From NCBI GenBank assembly GCA_902825875.1, contig CADECP010000016.1:21519-85518 (forward strand): a stretch of 64,000 nt of DNA, given 5' to 3'. Source of the stretch: an uncultured Acidobacteriota bacterium (GTDB taxonomy: Bacteria; Acidobacteriota; Blastocatellia; RBC074). The notes under the pieces are model-generated. The model was not told where the DNA came from, ran no database searches, and saw nothing but the letters and a program-made list of their open reading frames with translations. Made by a program: the position numbers and the translations under genes. Positions 19,132-29,164 of this stretch are shown here, one piece after another; position 1 is the first letter of the stretch, and every line of letters begins with the position of its first letter.

Positions 19132-22100
19132 ATGTTTCGACGAATTTCAGATACCTTGCTGCGACGGAAGCTGACAATGCTTGCCGCCGGATTTGTACTC
19201 AGCCTGATGGCGATTTTCGCAACGAACGATACGCTGTTTGGCAAAGTCCTGGCGCTGAAAGGCGCTGCAACTCAATCGGCTTCTGCAAACGTGGCTCCGG
19301 GCGATTGGGTGAATGCGGCATCCATGCCGACGGCGCGCGGCGTTGCCGCCGCCAGCGTGTTGCCTTCGGGAAGAGTGCTTGTCGTGGGCGGTTCCACAGC
19401 CACGCAAACTTTCATTACCGACGCGGCGATTTACGATCCTGTAGGTAATACCTGGCAGGCGATTGCGCCACTTCCCATCGGGCACAGATTGTCGTCGCAA
19501 TTGCTCAACACTGGCGAAGTGTTGGTGGTTGGCAACGACGATAACAGCAGCAATTTTCCTCCCAGCAGTTTTTTGTATACCGAAACCCCGTCAGGGTGGA
19601 GCGCGACCAACAACGCGCCTTCATTGAAACGGTATCAACCGGCATTGGCTTTGCTGACGACCGGTTCTTTGGTCGGACACGTGCTGATGGCGGGCGGGTA
19701 TGACAACAACTCTTCCACCGGGCCGAACGGAACATACAAAACCACCGAACTTTACAACCCGACTACCAAAACGTGGTCAGCCGGGCCATCCATGAATGTC
19801 GCGCGATTTAGTAATACGGCGACGGCGCTGAATGATGGGCGGGTGTTGGTTGTCGGTGGCGCGCAGCGCGATCCGTTGACTCCATACAATTCCGCAGAGC
19901 TTTACACTCTCGGCGGCGGCAGTTGGACAAACGCCACGTCAATGGCAGGGGCGCGTTACGCGCATACGGCTACGCTGTTGCCTTCCGGCGAAGTGCTGGT
20001 CGTGGGCGGCATCAATACGGCCACGGCGCTCAATTCCGTGGAGCTTTACAACCCAACCAACGACACGTGGTCACTCAAAGCTCCAATGACCGTTGCGCGC
20101 CAACTCCACACGGCGACGCTGTTGCCTTCGGGCAAAGTCCTGATTGCCGGTGGGCAAAACCTGGCTGGAACTCCCACCAATTCCGCAGAGCTTTATGACC
20201 CCGCAACCAATACCTGGTCTGACGCCGGGCCGATGAACAGCGCGCGTGGGCGCTATCCAATTGCCGCGTTGCTGAGTTGTGGCCGTGTGCTGGTTGCCGG
20301 TGGCACAACCGCCAACAATGTTCATTTGGCTTCCGCTGAAATTTATACGCAGAAAGACCCGCTTATCACGCTGACGCCGACCACGTTGGCAAATGGCGTC
20401 GTCGGGCAAATGTTTACTCAGCAATTTTCGCCCACAGGCGGAGCGGCTCCGTTCACGTACAGTTTGTCGGGCGGAACTTTGCCCAAAGGCATAACGCTGC
20501 AACCTGACGGCAAGCTGACCGGCATTCCTGAAGCTGCGGGCAGTTTCAACTTCACGGTCAAAGCCACAGACAAAAACGGCTGCATGGGAACCGCCGCCGT
20601 CACCTGGCAAATCGCCTGTCCCAACATAGTCATTTCGCCAACCACCTTGCACGACGGCATCGCCGGGCAGAGTTATTCACCTGTGGAGATGCTGACTTCG
20701 GCGAATGGAACTGCGCCATACACTTACGCCGTGACCGCCGGGTTGTTACCGAGCGGAATGCAACTGACCTCTGACGGCAAGTTGCAAGGAACGCCGCTGC
20801 AAACCGGCGGGTTTTCCTTCACCGTGACGGTGACGGACAAATTCGGCTGCACGGGGATGCGCGTGTACGGCTTGACGATCAATTGCGGGATTACAGGCAT
20901 CGTGCCCGACGTGATGCTATTGCCCGATGCAATCAGAGGCGCGACTTACGCCCCCGCCATCTTGCCGTTTTCCACTGTTGGCGGTTGCGGCATGAACACC
21001 TTCACCATCAGCGCAGGCCAATTGCCGCTGGGGCTGACGCTGAACCCGAATGGCACATTTACCGGCGCGCCGGTCCTGGCCGGTGATTTCACCTTCACGG
21101 TCAAAGTGACTGATAAATGCGGCTGCATGGCGACGCGCGAGTACAAGCTGAAAGTCATTTGTACGACGAAAAAATGTGGGTGTGTCGAGCCGCCGCCGAG
21201 AAACGAGAATATGGTTGGTTGGTGGCCGCTGGATACGGATGGCACAGACATTCGTGGCGGGCATCACGGCTCTGTTGCAACAGGCGGAACATTCGATTCT
21301 GCTGTGGTGAACAACGGTTTTCGAAGCGGGGGCACTGCAAATTCGATTTCAATACCACATGACAGCGCCTTTAATGTCATGAACTTCACCATTGATGCCT
21401 GGGTGAAAATTGATGCCCTCAACGCGCCGAACATGCCTATCCTTTACAAAGGCGACATAGCGGGCGCAGATGATGAAGCTTCTTTTGCATTAAGCGTTGT
21501 CGGTTCGTCCGGGATGAACCCTGGAACATTAGTAGCAGTAGTTTCCGATGGAACACAGGTTATAACTGTGAACTCTCCATCACCACTTCCGATTGGAGTG
21601 CCAGTACATGTTGCAACCACTGCCACAGTTACAGGGGGAGCTACCACTCTTTGTTTATTCATAAATGGTGTAGCCCAAACTCCGTGTCAATCGAAAAACC
21701 TTATTCCCCAAAGCAATACGTTCAATCTTCAGATTGGAGGGATAGAGGGCCAGACCAATCCCGTCGGAAATTTCTTCAATGGATTGATTGACGAAGTCGA
21801 GTTGTGGAATGTGGCATTGAGCCAGCCGGATATTGAATCCATTTTCCTGGCGGGTTCGGCTGGCAAATGCAAACCATCAGTTTGTTCCGGTGTGACGCTG
21901 AGTCTGGCCTCTACGCCCAGCACGATTCCGATGGGAATGACCGGGCAGCCGTTCCCGACGACGATGTTCATGGCTTCGGGCGGAACGGGGCCGTATATGT
22001 ATTCGGCTACGGGATTGCCGCCGGGGTTGTCGCTTTCGATGGATGGCAAACTGACGGGCATACCGACTCAGCAAAACACGTTTCCCGTTCAGATTACTGT

Positions 22101-24597
22101 CAAAGATGCTAACGGCTGCTCGGTAGTGTTTACGCAACCCATCACGGTTAATTGCACTCCGTACACCATTCAACCGGCTGCGCTGCCTGCTGGAACTGCT
22201 GGCAAGCCATATCCCAAACAAACGCTCACCTCCAACAGTCCTTGCCCGACTGCGACTTATTCCGTCACCGGAACTCTGCCGCCGGGATTGAGCTTTATGG
22301 ACGGGATGTTGCAAGGCACGCCTACGATGAAGGGGCCGTATAGTTTCACGGTGACGGCGACGGATGCGTGCGGGTGTCCGAGCACGAAAACTTACAACAT
22401 GGAGGTCATTTGCGCCCCGTATTCGATCAAGCCGGATTCCATGCCTGTCGGATTCGTCGGCACTGTCTATCCCAAACAAACTTTGACGACCGACAGCATG
22501 TGTCCGCCGGTAACGTATTCCGTCACGGGAACATTGCCGCCGGGTTTGGACTTAGTGGGTGGAATGTTGCAAGGCACTCCGAGCACGGCGGGCACGTTCA
22601 CGTTCACTGTGGCTGCGGTTGACGATTGCGGATGCACCAGCACGAAGAATTACACAATCGTCATCAAAGATTGTCCGGTCATGCCGCTGAAATTGTTCAA
22701 CACGGGCGTGGATAACAACAAAACGCCGATGAGCAATAACGCGCCCGATAGTCATTACGCCGCCCTTACACCAACGAATGTGCCGGTCGTGCCAATCGTT
22801 GTTCCACCGCCAAGCAGTGGAGTGGATCCCGTTGCCGCTGGCCTGATGGCACGATGGATTGGCAGGCCAGGAATTCCTGGAGGGCTTCGGTACACGATCA
22901 ACTTTGATCTGTCCGGTTGCGATCTGAACAGCGTGAAAATTGTTGGCAGGTTTGCTGCCAACGCTGGCGGGCAGTTGTTCCTGAACAGTAACACTACACC
23001 CATTGAGACAAACCCAGCGCCAAGCATCCTCACACCGTTTACGATTATGACGGGATTCCAGGCGGGACCAAACAAGCTGACATTTGTCACTGCGGCTGCT
23101 GCCGGGCAAGTGAGCGGCTTGCTGGTGGAAATCACCGAAGCCAGAGCCAAATGCTGTGAATGCCCGAAGATTACGCTTGGCCCTACTGATCTGCCAGAGG
23201 GAAAAGATGGCGGGCTATACGGCCCAGTCAGTTTGACGGCCAGCGGAGGAATGCCCGATTACACGTACTCGATCATTGGCGGAGCGTTACCTATCGGAAT
23301 GACGTTGTCTTCCGCCGGAGTGCTTTCTGGCCCGTCTCCGGTGATTGTGGCAGCGAAAGCCACGTTCGTCTTCAAGGTGTTGGTGGTTGACGCAATGGGA
23401 TGCACAGGGATGCGCGAGTATAAATTGGTAATCAAGAAAAGGGCGTTCGGCTGGGGCGGAGATACCAGCGACAACTTCGCTTTTGGGCTGGAACAGACAA
23501 AACGGTTGACCTTGCGCATCAACCTGGAAGCTTTCGGCAATGAAAAAGCCGTCAGCCTCAGTCTGGGATTCAACTCCACAGTGCTGAGCAATCCGCGCGT
23601 GACGTTGGGAGCCGACGCCACTGGCGCAACGCTGACCACGAACACCAGCCAGGTGACTCAAGGCGCAATCGGCATGTCGTTGACCATGCCCGGCAATCAA
23701 ACCTTGTCCGAAGGTTCGCGGCGGATTTTCAACGTGGTGTTTGATTACTCCGATGCCAACACCGGAGCAAAGCTGGATTTTGAATTCCGAGATGCTCCGG
23801 TAGCGCGCAGCGTCACAGACACCAGCGGTGCTGATTTGCCGACGGATGTTGTGGCGACTCCTGTGTTGCTGGCGCAACCGGCGACCAGCGTTTCCGCCGC
23901 CAGCTATCGCGGAGAAACTCTCACGTCGGATGAGATCGTTGCCGTGTTTGGCATCAATCTGGCGACTGCGACGCAAGTGGCGACGACTGTGCCGCTGCCG
24001 ACAGCTTTGGCGGGAACTACGATCAAAGTCCGCGACAGCGCCAACGTCGAACGATTGGCTCCGCTGTTTTTCGTCGCTCCGACACAGGTCAACTACTTGG
24101 TTCCGCCGGGAACGGCTGCGGGGCAGGCGACGATTCTCATCACCAGCGGCAACGGAGCGGTTTCAGGCAGCGTAGTCGAAATCGCCAACGTCGCTCCGGG
24201 AATTTTCGTTGCCGATGCCAGCGGGCGAGGTTTGCCAGCGGCGAACGCGCTGACGTTCCGGGCGGATGGTTCGTCGAGTTCGCGTCCGGTCGCGCAATTC
24301 GATCTGACAACCGGACGATTTGTCGCCGTGCCAATTGATCTGGGCGCGATTGACGATCGCATCTTCCTGTCGTTGTTTGCCACCGGAGTTCGCGGTCGCA
24401 GTTCGCTGGATGCCGTTCGCGCCATCGTCAACGGCGTCGAAGCTCCGGTGTCATACGCGGGCGATCAAGGCGGTTTTGTCGGATTGGATCAGGTCAACAT
24501 CGAATTGCCTCGCGCGCTGGCGGGCAGCGGATTGGTGGATGTGATGCTGATCGTGGACGGGCAAGTCGCCAATGTCATTCAGATCAACATCAAATGA
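19132..24597 (+). CDS. Giant secreted multidomain protein: N-terminal Kelch-type beta-propeller, PF05345-like Ig repeats, LamG/ConA-like lectin domain, further Ig repeats, and a C-terminal Solibacter-type domain (TIGR03437-like)
   Basis: Signal peptide; repeated 'GRVLVVGG...ELY(D/N)P' Kelch blades; 'VGWWPLDTDGTD...NFTIDAWVKID...DEVELWNVALS' LamG-like; Ig repeats 'PYTYSxxGGxLPxGxxL'. The C-terminal 220 aa are homologous to the C-terminus of the 6183..10724 protein. Confidence 0.85.
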   Translation: MFRRISDTLLRRKLTMLAAGFVLSLMAIFATNDTLFGKVLALKGAATQSASANVAPGDWVNAASMPTARGVAAASVLPSGRVLVVGGSTATQTFITDAAIYDPVGNTWQAIAPLPIGHRLSSQLLNTGEVLVVGNDDNSSNFPPSSFLYTETPSGWSATNNAPSLKRYQPALALLTTGSLVGHVLMAGGYDNNSSTGPNGTYKTTELYNPTTKTWSAGPSMNVARFSNTATALNDGRVLVVGGAQRDPLTPYNSAELYTLGGGSWTNATSMAGARYAHTATLLPSGEVLVVGGINTATALNSVELYNPTNDTWSLKAPMTVARQLHTATLLPSGKVLIAGGQNLAGTPTNSAELYDPATNTWSDAGPMNSARGRYPIAALLSCGRVLVAGGTTANNVHLASAEIYTQKDPLITLTPTTLANGVVGQMFTQQFSPTGGAAPFTYSLSGGTLPKGITLQPDGKLTGIPEAAGSFNFTVKATDKNGCMGTAAVTWQIACPNIVISPTTLHDGIAGQSYSPVEMLTSANGTAPYTYAVTAGLLPSGMQLTSDGKLQGTPLQTGGFSFTVTVTDKFGCTGMRVYGLTINCGITGIVPDVMLLPDAIRGATYAPAILPFSTVGGCGMNTFTISAGQLPLGLTLNPNGTFTGAPVLAGDFTFTVKVTDKCGCMATREYKLKVICTTKKCGCVEPPPRNENMVGWWPLDTDGTDIRGGHHGSVATGGTFDSAVVNNGFRSGGTANSISIPHDSAFNVMNFTIDAWVKIDALNAPNMPILYKGDIAGADDEASFALSVVGSSGMNPGTLVAVVSDGTQVITVNSPSPLPIGVPVHVATTATVTGGATTLCLFINGVAQTPCQSKNLIPQSNTFNLQIGGIEGQTNPVGNFFNGLIDEVELWNVALSQPDIESIFLAGSAGKCKPSVCSGVTLSLASTPSTIPMGMTGQPFPTTMFMASGGTGPYMYSATGLPPGLSLSMDGKLTGIPTQQNTFPVQITVKDANGCSVVFTQPITVNCTPYTIQPAALPAGTAGKPYPKQTLTSNSPCPTATYSVTGTLPPGLSFMDGMLQGTPTMKGPYSFTVTATDACGCPSTKTYNMEVICAPYSIKPDSMPVGFVGTVYPKQTLTTDSMCPPVTYSVTGTLPPGLDLVGGMLQGTPSTAGTFTFTVAAVDDCGCTSTKNYTIVIKDCPVMPLKLFNTGVDNNKTPMSNNAPDSHYAALTPTNVPVVPIVVPPPSSGVDPVAAGLMARWIGRPGIPGGLRYTINFDLSGCDLNSVKIVGRFAANAGGQLFLNSNTTPIETNPAPSILTPFTIMTGFQAGPNKLTFVTAAAAGQVSGLLVEITEARAKCCECPKITLGPTDLPEGKDGGLYGPVSLTASGGMPDYTYSIIGGALPIGMTLSSAGVLSGPSPVIVAAKATFVFKVLVVDAMGCTGMREYKLVIKKRAFGWGGDTSDNFAFGLEQTKRLTLRINLEAFGNEKAVSLSLGFNSTVLSNPRVTLGADATGATLTTNTSQVTQGAIGMSLTMPGNQTLSEGSRRIFNVVFDYSDANTGAKLDFEFRDAPVARSVTDTSGADLPTDVVATPVLLAQPATSVSAASYRGETLTSDEIVAVFGINLATATQVATTVPLPTALAGTTIKVRDSANVERLAPLFFVAPTQVNYLVPPGTAAGQATILITSGNGAVSGSVVEIANVAPGIFVADASGRGLPAANALTFRADGSSSSRPVAQFDLTTGRFVAVPIDLGAIDDRIFLSLFATGVRGRSSLDAVRAIVNGVEAPVSYAGDQGGFVGLDQVNIELPRALAGSGLVDVMLIVDGQVANVIQINIK

Positions 24598-24627
24598 TCT
24601 GAAAGCGAAAGCATTGCGAACGAAAGA

Positions 24628-24668
24628 CAAAAGGCGCGAGTCTGAAAACTCGCGCCTTTTGTTGCTTT
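24628..24668 (+). terminator. Rho-independent terminator after the giant protein gene
   Basis: aaaaggcgcgagt-ctgaaa-actcgcgcctttt followed by gttgcttt (GC stem plus U-tract). Confidence 0.7.
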
Positions 24669-24814
24669 AGCGAAATGAGCCTCAGAGAAAGCTCCCTGCC
24701 TGCTAGACAATTCCACAACCCGACACCTAAAATCCGGCTTCAAGCTTCATCAAGCAAATCAAAGTTCCAATACCACTTACGAATTCATTTCCCGAACGAG
24801 AAAGGACTGTCTTT

Positions 24815-26491
24815 ATGTTGGGTCAACAACGAACCGTCAGAACTCAATCGCCGGTTTACGACGCCGTCATTGTCGGTTCAGGCGCTGCCGGAGGAACTGC
24901 CGCATGGGTTTTGGTCAATGCCGGATTGAAGGTGGCGATGCTGGAAACCGGGCCGCTTCGCAAAGATCAGGTGGATTTTCCGTACCACGATCCGTTTCCT
25001 TACGAAGACGAATATCGCGGATTGAAAACGGAAAAAACGCGCAGCGATGAATTCAAAGAAAAGTATTCGATGTATGGCCCGACCAAAGACGAACCGTACA
25101 CCACGCCGGACAAGATGCCTTACGAATGGATGCGCGCTCGCAATGTCGGCGGACGCACCATGTTCTGGGGACGATTCGCCAATCGGTTCAACGAAGCCGA
25201 TTTCAAAATGCGTTCGCGCGACGGGCAAGGTTTGGATTGGCCGATGGAATACAAAGACCTGGCTCCGTATTACGACAAAGCCGAACAGTTCATGGGCGTC
25301 TGTGGCCAGAAAGAAAACCATCCCGATTTGCCGGACAGCGAAAATTTCCTGCCGCCAGTGAATTTGAAGTGTTCTGATTGGGCGATTAAACGCGCGGCAG
25401 AAAAATCCGGCATCCGTTCGATTTACGTTCGGCGGGCGATGCTCACCAAAGCTCACAACGGTTACAGGCCGTGTCATTATTGCGGCGAATGCCCTGATGG
25501 TTGCGAAACTCATTCGTTTTATAACTCGGCATTTCGGCAAGTTGTACCGCTGATGAAGAAGTTTCCGAAAACCTTTACCGTCATTTCCAACGCGATGGCG
25601 CACAAGGTCAACACGGGCAAAAACGGTTTGGCTTCGGGCGTCAGTTACATTGACAAGGCGACTGGCCGTGACCGCGAGGTCAAAGCCAGGATGGTCATCG
25701 TCGCTTGCGGCACGCTGGAAAGCACGCGGCTGATGCTGCAATCCAAAATTGCCAATTCCAGTGGCTTGATCGGCAAAAACTTCATTGAGCACCTGGACGT
25801 GGATGCGACGGCTTATTTCCCTGAACTGTTTTGGCAACCGCGCGAAGTCGGCGACGGCATCGGCGGTTCGCACATAGTCATCCCATGGTTTGGATATTTT
25901 CGCCCGGATGAAAAGCGTGATTTCGTGCGCGGATTCCAGATCGAACCTTCGTCGCGCATTCGCAGCCGCCCGGACAAAAACGCCAAACGCATTCCCGGAT
26001 TCGGCGAAGCTTACAAAAAAGAGGTTCGCAAATGGACTGGCGCTCGCGTGACGCTGGCTTCGCACGGGGAAATGCTGCCAGCGGCAAACAAGTTTGTTGA
26101 ACTCGATCCGAACGTGAAAGACAAATGGGGAATTCCGGTGCTGAAGATTCATCATCCGCTGAACGACAACGACCGCGCGATGTACAAATACATTCGCCGC
26201 ACGTACGAAGAAATCTTCGCCGCCGCCAAAGCCGTAGACATTTCGTTGCCCAAAGAACCCAGCGTGGCTGGGCATTCGATTCACGAAATGGGAACGATTC
26301 ACATGGGCGCAGATGCCAAAACTTCTGTGTTGAACCAGTTCAATCAATCGTGGGACGTGAAGAATTTGTTCGTGATGGACGCCGCCGCGTTCGCTTCGGG
26401 CACGCACAAAAATCCGACGCTGACAATCATGGCGCTGACTTGGCGCGCTTCGGAATATATTCTGGAAGAGCGAAAACGCCGCAATCTGTAG
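24815..26491 (+). CDS. GMC-family FAD-dependent oxidoreductase
   Basis: N-terminal '[30 protein letters not shown]' Rossmann FAD motif; C-terminal GMC_oxred_C-like region ('[17 protein letters not shown]'). Confidence 0.85.
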   Translation: MLGQQRTVRTQSPVYDAVIVGSGAAGGTAAWVLVNAGLKVAMLETGPLRKDQVDFPYHDPFPYEDEYRGLKTEKTRSDEFKEKYSMYGPTKDEPYTTPDKMPYEWMRARNVGGRTMFWGRFANRFNEADFKMRSRDGQGLDWPMEYKDLAPYYDKAEQFMGVCGQKENHPDLPDSENFLPPVNLKCSDWAIKRAAEKSGIRSIYVRRAMLTKAHNGYRPCHYCGECPDGCETHSFYNSAFRQVVPLMKKFPKTFTVISNAMAHKVNTGKNGLASGVSYIDKATGRDREVKARMVIVACGTLESTRLMLQSKIANSSGLIGKNFIEHLDVDATAYFPELFWQPREVGDGIGGSHIVIPWFGYFRPDEKRDFVRGFQIEPSSRIRSRPDKNAKRIPGFGEAYKKEVRKWTGARVTLASHGEMLPAANKFVELDPNVKDKWGIPVLKIHHPLNDNDRAMYKYIRRTYEEIFAAAKAVDISLPKEPSVAGHSIHEMGTIHMGADAKTSVLNQFNQSWDVKNLFVMDAAAFASGTHKNPTLTIMALTWRASEYILEERKRRNL

Positions 26492-26505
26492 ACCCACGCT
26501 CGTGT

Positions 26506-27606
26506 ATGAAAATTTCTACAACAGCCAAAGATCAGCCATCGAATAACAAACTGGCCAACCCGCATGACCTGTTTTTCAAAAGTCTGGTTGGGCGGCGGAA
26601 AGTGGCAGTGCAATTTCTGAAGTCGTATTTGCCGGTTGAAGTGACAGCAGCTATTGACTGGCGTACTTTGGAACGGGTGGACGGCAGCTTTGTCACGGAG
26701 GAATTGAGCGAGCATTTTTCCGATTTGATCTTTCGCGTCAAATTGAAAAAAGGCGAGGCGGTTTACGTGTACGTTCTGCTTGAACACAAGAGCACGCCTG
26801 AAAAATGGGTGGCCTTGCAATTGCTGGATTACATTGTTGGCCTGTGGCAACGGGCTAAAGATTCGGGAGAGCCTCAATTGCCGATTGTCATCCCGGTCGT
26901 TTTTTATCACGGGCGGCGGCATTGGAATATCGGAACGAAATTGTCCGACTTGATGCCCGGAGTTGCTCAAACTCAGTGGCGGCGATTCGTTCCAGATTTC
27001 GAATATCACCTTTGCGACTTGTCCAGTTATGAAGACCACGAAATTGTCGGCGAGTCCGGCTTGCAGTCAGGGCTGTTATTGCTCAAACATATCTTCGGCA
27101 GGGAACTGGAACATCGCTTGACGGAGATTATGAAGCTGCTGCCACCGGAAGAGGCGGCTGAACAGCTTTTACCGATGGTTCGTTATATTTCTGCGGCAGC
27201 CGATGGAATTACGCCAGATGAAATTGGTGAATCCATTAAGGCGGCTTTTTCCGACAAATCAGGAGCGGTTATGCAAACAGCAGCACAAATCTGGATGGAA
27301 CAAGGGCGCACAAAAGGAAGACAGGAAGGAAGACAGGAAGGAAGACAGGAAGGAAGACAGGAAGGAAGACAGGAAGAAGCGAGCACGGTTATTTTGCGCC
27401 AGTTGAACCGTTTGTTTGGTGAACTCAACTCACGACAGGAATCGCGCATACGCAGGCTTTCGCTGACGCAATTGGAACTGTTGAGCGAAGAGTTGCTTGA
27501 GTTCGAAGCCATTGCTAACTTGAATGCCTGGTTGCGCGCCAACCCGCCTGCGCCGACCAAAAAAGCTAAAAAAGCCAAACGCCGAATCGCTTCAACCGTC
27601 AACTGA
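26506..27606 (+). CDS. Rpn/YhgA-like recombination-promoting nuclease (PD-(D/E)xK 'putative transposase' family), with a C-terminal (GRQE)5 repeat
   Basis: 'HDLFFKSLV...VQFLKSYLP...FSDLIFRV...VYVLLEHKS' conserved Rpn core. ATG at 26506 lies just after the GMC stop. GC content is noticeably lower than in neighbouring genes (estimated by eye). Confidence 0.75.
   Translation: MKISTTAKDQPSNNKLANPHDLFFKSLVGRRKVAVQFLKSYLPVEVTAAIDWRTLERVDGSFVTEELSEHFSDLIFRVKLKKGEAVYVYVLLEHKSTPEKWVALQLLDYIVGLWQRAKDSGEPQLPIVIPVVFYHGRRHWNIGTKLSDLMPGVAQTQWRRFVPDFEYHLCDLSSYEDHEIVGESGLQSGLLLLKHIFGRELEHRLTEIMKLLPPEEAAEQLLPMVRYISAAADGITPDEIGESIKAAFSDKSGAVMQTAAQIWMEQGRTKGRQEGRQEGRQEGRQEGRQEEASTVILRQLNRLFGELNSRQESRIRRLSLTQLELLSEELLEFEAIANLNAWLRANPPAPTKKAKKAKRRIASTVN
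27316..27375 (+). repeat. Perfect 12-bp tandem repeat (ggaagacaggaa) x5, in-frame within the Rpn-like gene (encodes GRQE x5)
   Basis: Five identical contiguous units read directly from the sequence. Confidence 0.9.
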
Positions 27607-27613
27607 TTACCTG

Positions 27614-29164
27614 ATGAAACGCTGGTTGCCCTTTTTACTCTGCTTCCTTCATTTGCTGACGCTGGTCTTTCTTGCCCGTCAGCATCCGTTCGGGAATTAC
27701 GCCACCGAAACTGATTTCTATCATTACTACGCGCCGGACGCGGAGCGCATCGCCGCCGGGCAATTTCCCCAAAACACATTTCAAGGGCCAGGGTATCCGG
27801 CGATCGTCGCTGGCTTGGGCAAGCTGACCGGATTGAGCAGCGATTTATTCACCGTCGCCAAGTGGTTGTCAGTTGTGTGCGCTGTGCTGTGCGGATGGCT
27901 GGTCTTTGTTTTGTTCGCACGGCTGTTCGGATTTTGGGCTGGCTTGGGCGCTCAATTGATCGCTGTCGCCAGCGGAGAGTTTCCGCAATTTTCCATCAAT
28001 GCGGCGACGGATGTGTTTTTCCTGTTTGTGTGTTTGGCCGTGTTGGTGACGTTTACGGCAGAACGGTTGAGCGCGCGTTGGCGAATTGTGTTGACCGGAG
28101 CCTTGACCGGCGCGGCGTATGTCATTCGTTACAACGGGCTGTTTTTGCTGGCGACGTGTTTGATCGGAATCCTGTTGCTGAATTTGTTCGAGCAAAGCTG
28201 GCGCGAACGCTTGCAGTCAGCCGCGCTGTTCGTCGGAATGTTTTTGCTGACCGCTTCGCCGTGGTTGGCGGCGAATTACAAACATCGCGGTTCGCCACTT
28301 TACAACACGAATTACCTGAACATCGCCACAGAGTTTTTTCCGGAACTGGTCAAAGGCGAAGTTAATCAGGATGCCACGCGCGCTCTGGAATCGAAGTTTC
28401 AATCCTTTGGCGATGTGCTTCGGTACGATCCGGCGCGGTTGCTCAAACTATATCCGGTCAATTTGTACGAAAGTTTGCGCCACAGCATCGCTGGCAATCT
28501 GGTTGTGCAGTTGGTGGGATGGTTGGGGCTGCTCGGCGTTGCGTTGGCGTTCGTCGGACGACGATCCAAATCGGTGATGTTGGTGTTGATTGCCGGTGGG
28601 CTGTATTGGCTGTTGATGGGGCTGAACCATTGGGAAACGCGCTATTACTTTTTCGTGATGGTTCTTTACGCGGGGTTTGCGGTGTTCGCGGCGGAGCGTT
28701 GGTTGATGTTAGCGCGTGCGCAAAGCTGGTTGCAGGCGAAAGCGTTTACGACGATTCCGGGCGGATTGGTGGCGGTGATGGTTGTCAGTTCAGTCGCGGT
28801 TTCGCGCAAAGACGTGAATGAGTTTTTGGGAGCTTTGCCGATGGAAGTCGCCGAAGCGCGGGATTTCGTCATAAGCCAAAACGCCGCGCCGAACAGTTTG
28901 CGAATCGTCGCTCGCAAACCGCATCTGGCTTATATGAGTCGTCAGGAGTGGGTGTTTTTTCCGCCGGTGAAATCGCTGGAAGAATTACGCGCGTGGTTGC
29001 AAACGAATCGAGTGGATTACATCGCCATCGGCAAACGCGAGATCAAAGAGCGAAAAGAGTTGAAGCCGCTTGGTGATCCGAAAAAAGCGCCCGACTGGTT
29101 GCAAGCCGTCTGGCGGTACGAACCGACCGGATTGATTTTGTATCAGCCCAAATATCCCAAATAG
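27614..29164 (+). CDS. Polytopic membrane protein, GT-C-type glycosyltransferase-like (ArnT/PMT family)
   Basis: About 11 predicted TM helices in the N-terminal 400 aa with an 'FQGPGYP' loop typical of the PMT/ArnT-like GT-C fold, plus a soluble C-terminal domain. The ATG at 27614 follows the Rpn stop; the track extension from 27524 overlaps the Rpn gene. Confidence 0.5.
   Translation: MKRWLPFLLCFLHLLTLVFLARQHPFGNYATETDFYHYYAPDAERIAAGQFPQNTFQGPGYPAIVAGLGKLTGLSSDLFTVAKWLSVVCAVLCGWLVFVLFARLFGFWAGLGAQLIAVASGEFPQFSINAATDVFFLFVCLAVLVTFTAERLSARWRIVLTGALTGAAYVIRYNGLFLLATCLIGILLLNLFEQSWRERLQSAALFVGMFLLTASPWLAANYKHRGSPLYNTNYLNIATEFFPELVKGEVNQDATRALESKFQSFGDVLRYDPARLLKLYPVNLYESLRHSIAGNLVVQLVGWLGLLGVALAFVGRRSKSVMLVLIAGGLYWLLMGLNHWETRYYFFVMVLYAGFAVFAAERWLMLARAQSWLQAKAFTTIPGGLVAVMVVSSVAVSRKDVNEFLGALPMEVAEARDFVISQNAAPNSLRIVARKPHLAYMSRQEWVFFPPVKSLEELRAWLQTNRVDYIAIGKREIKERKELKPLGDPKKAPDWLQAVWRYEPTGLILYQPKYPK

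Noticed and set aside
27183-27779. Antisense ORF with (SCLP)5 repeat and sense ORF 27203..27406 with (KEDR)n
   Set aside because: Both are out-of-frame or antisense readings of the 12-bp x5 tandem repeat inside the well-supported Rpn-like gene.
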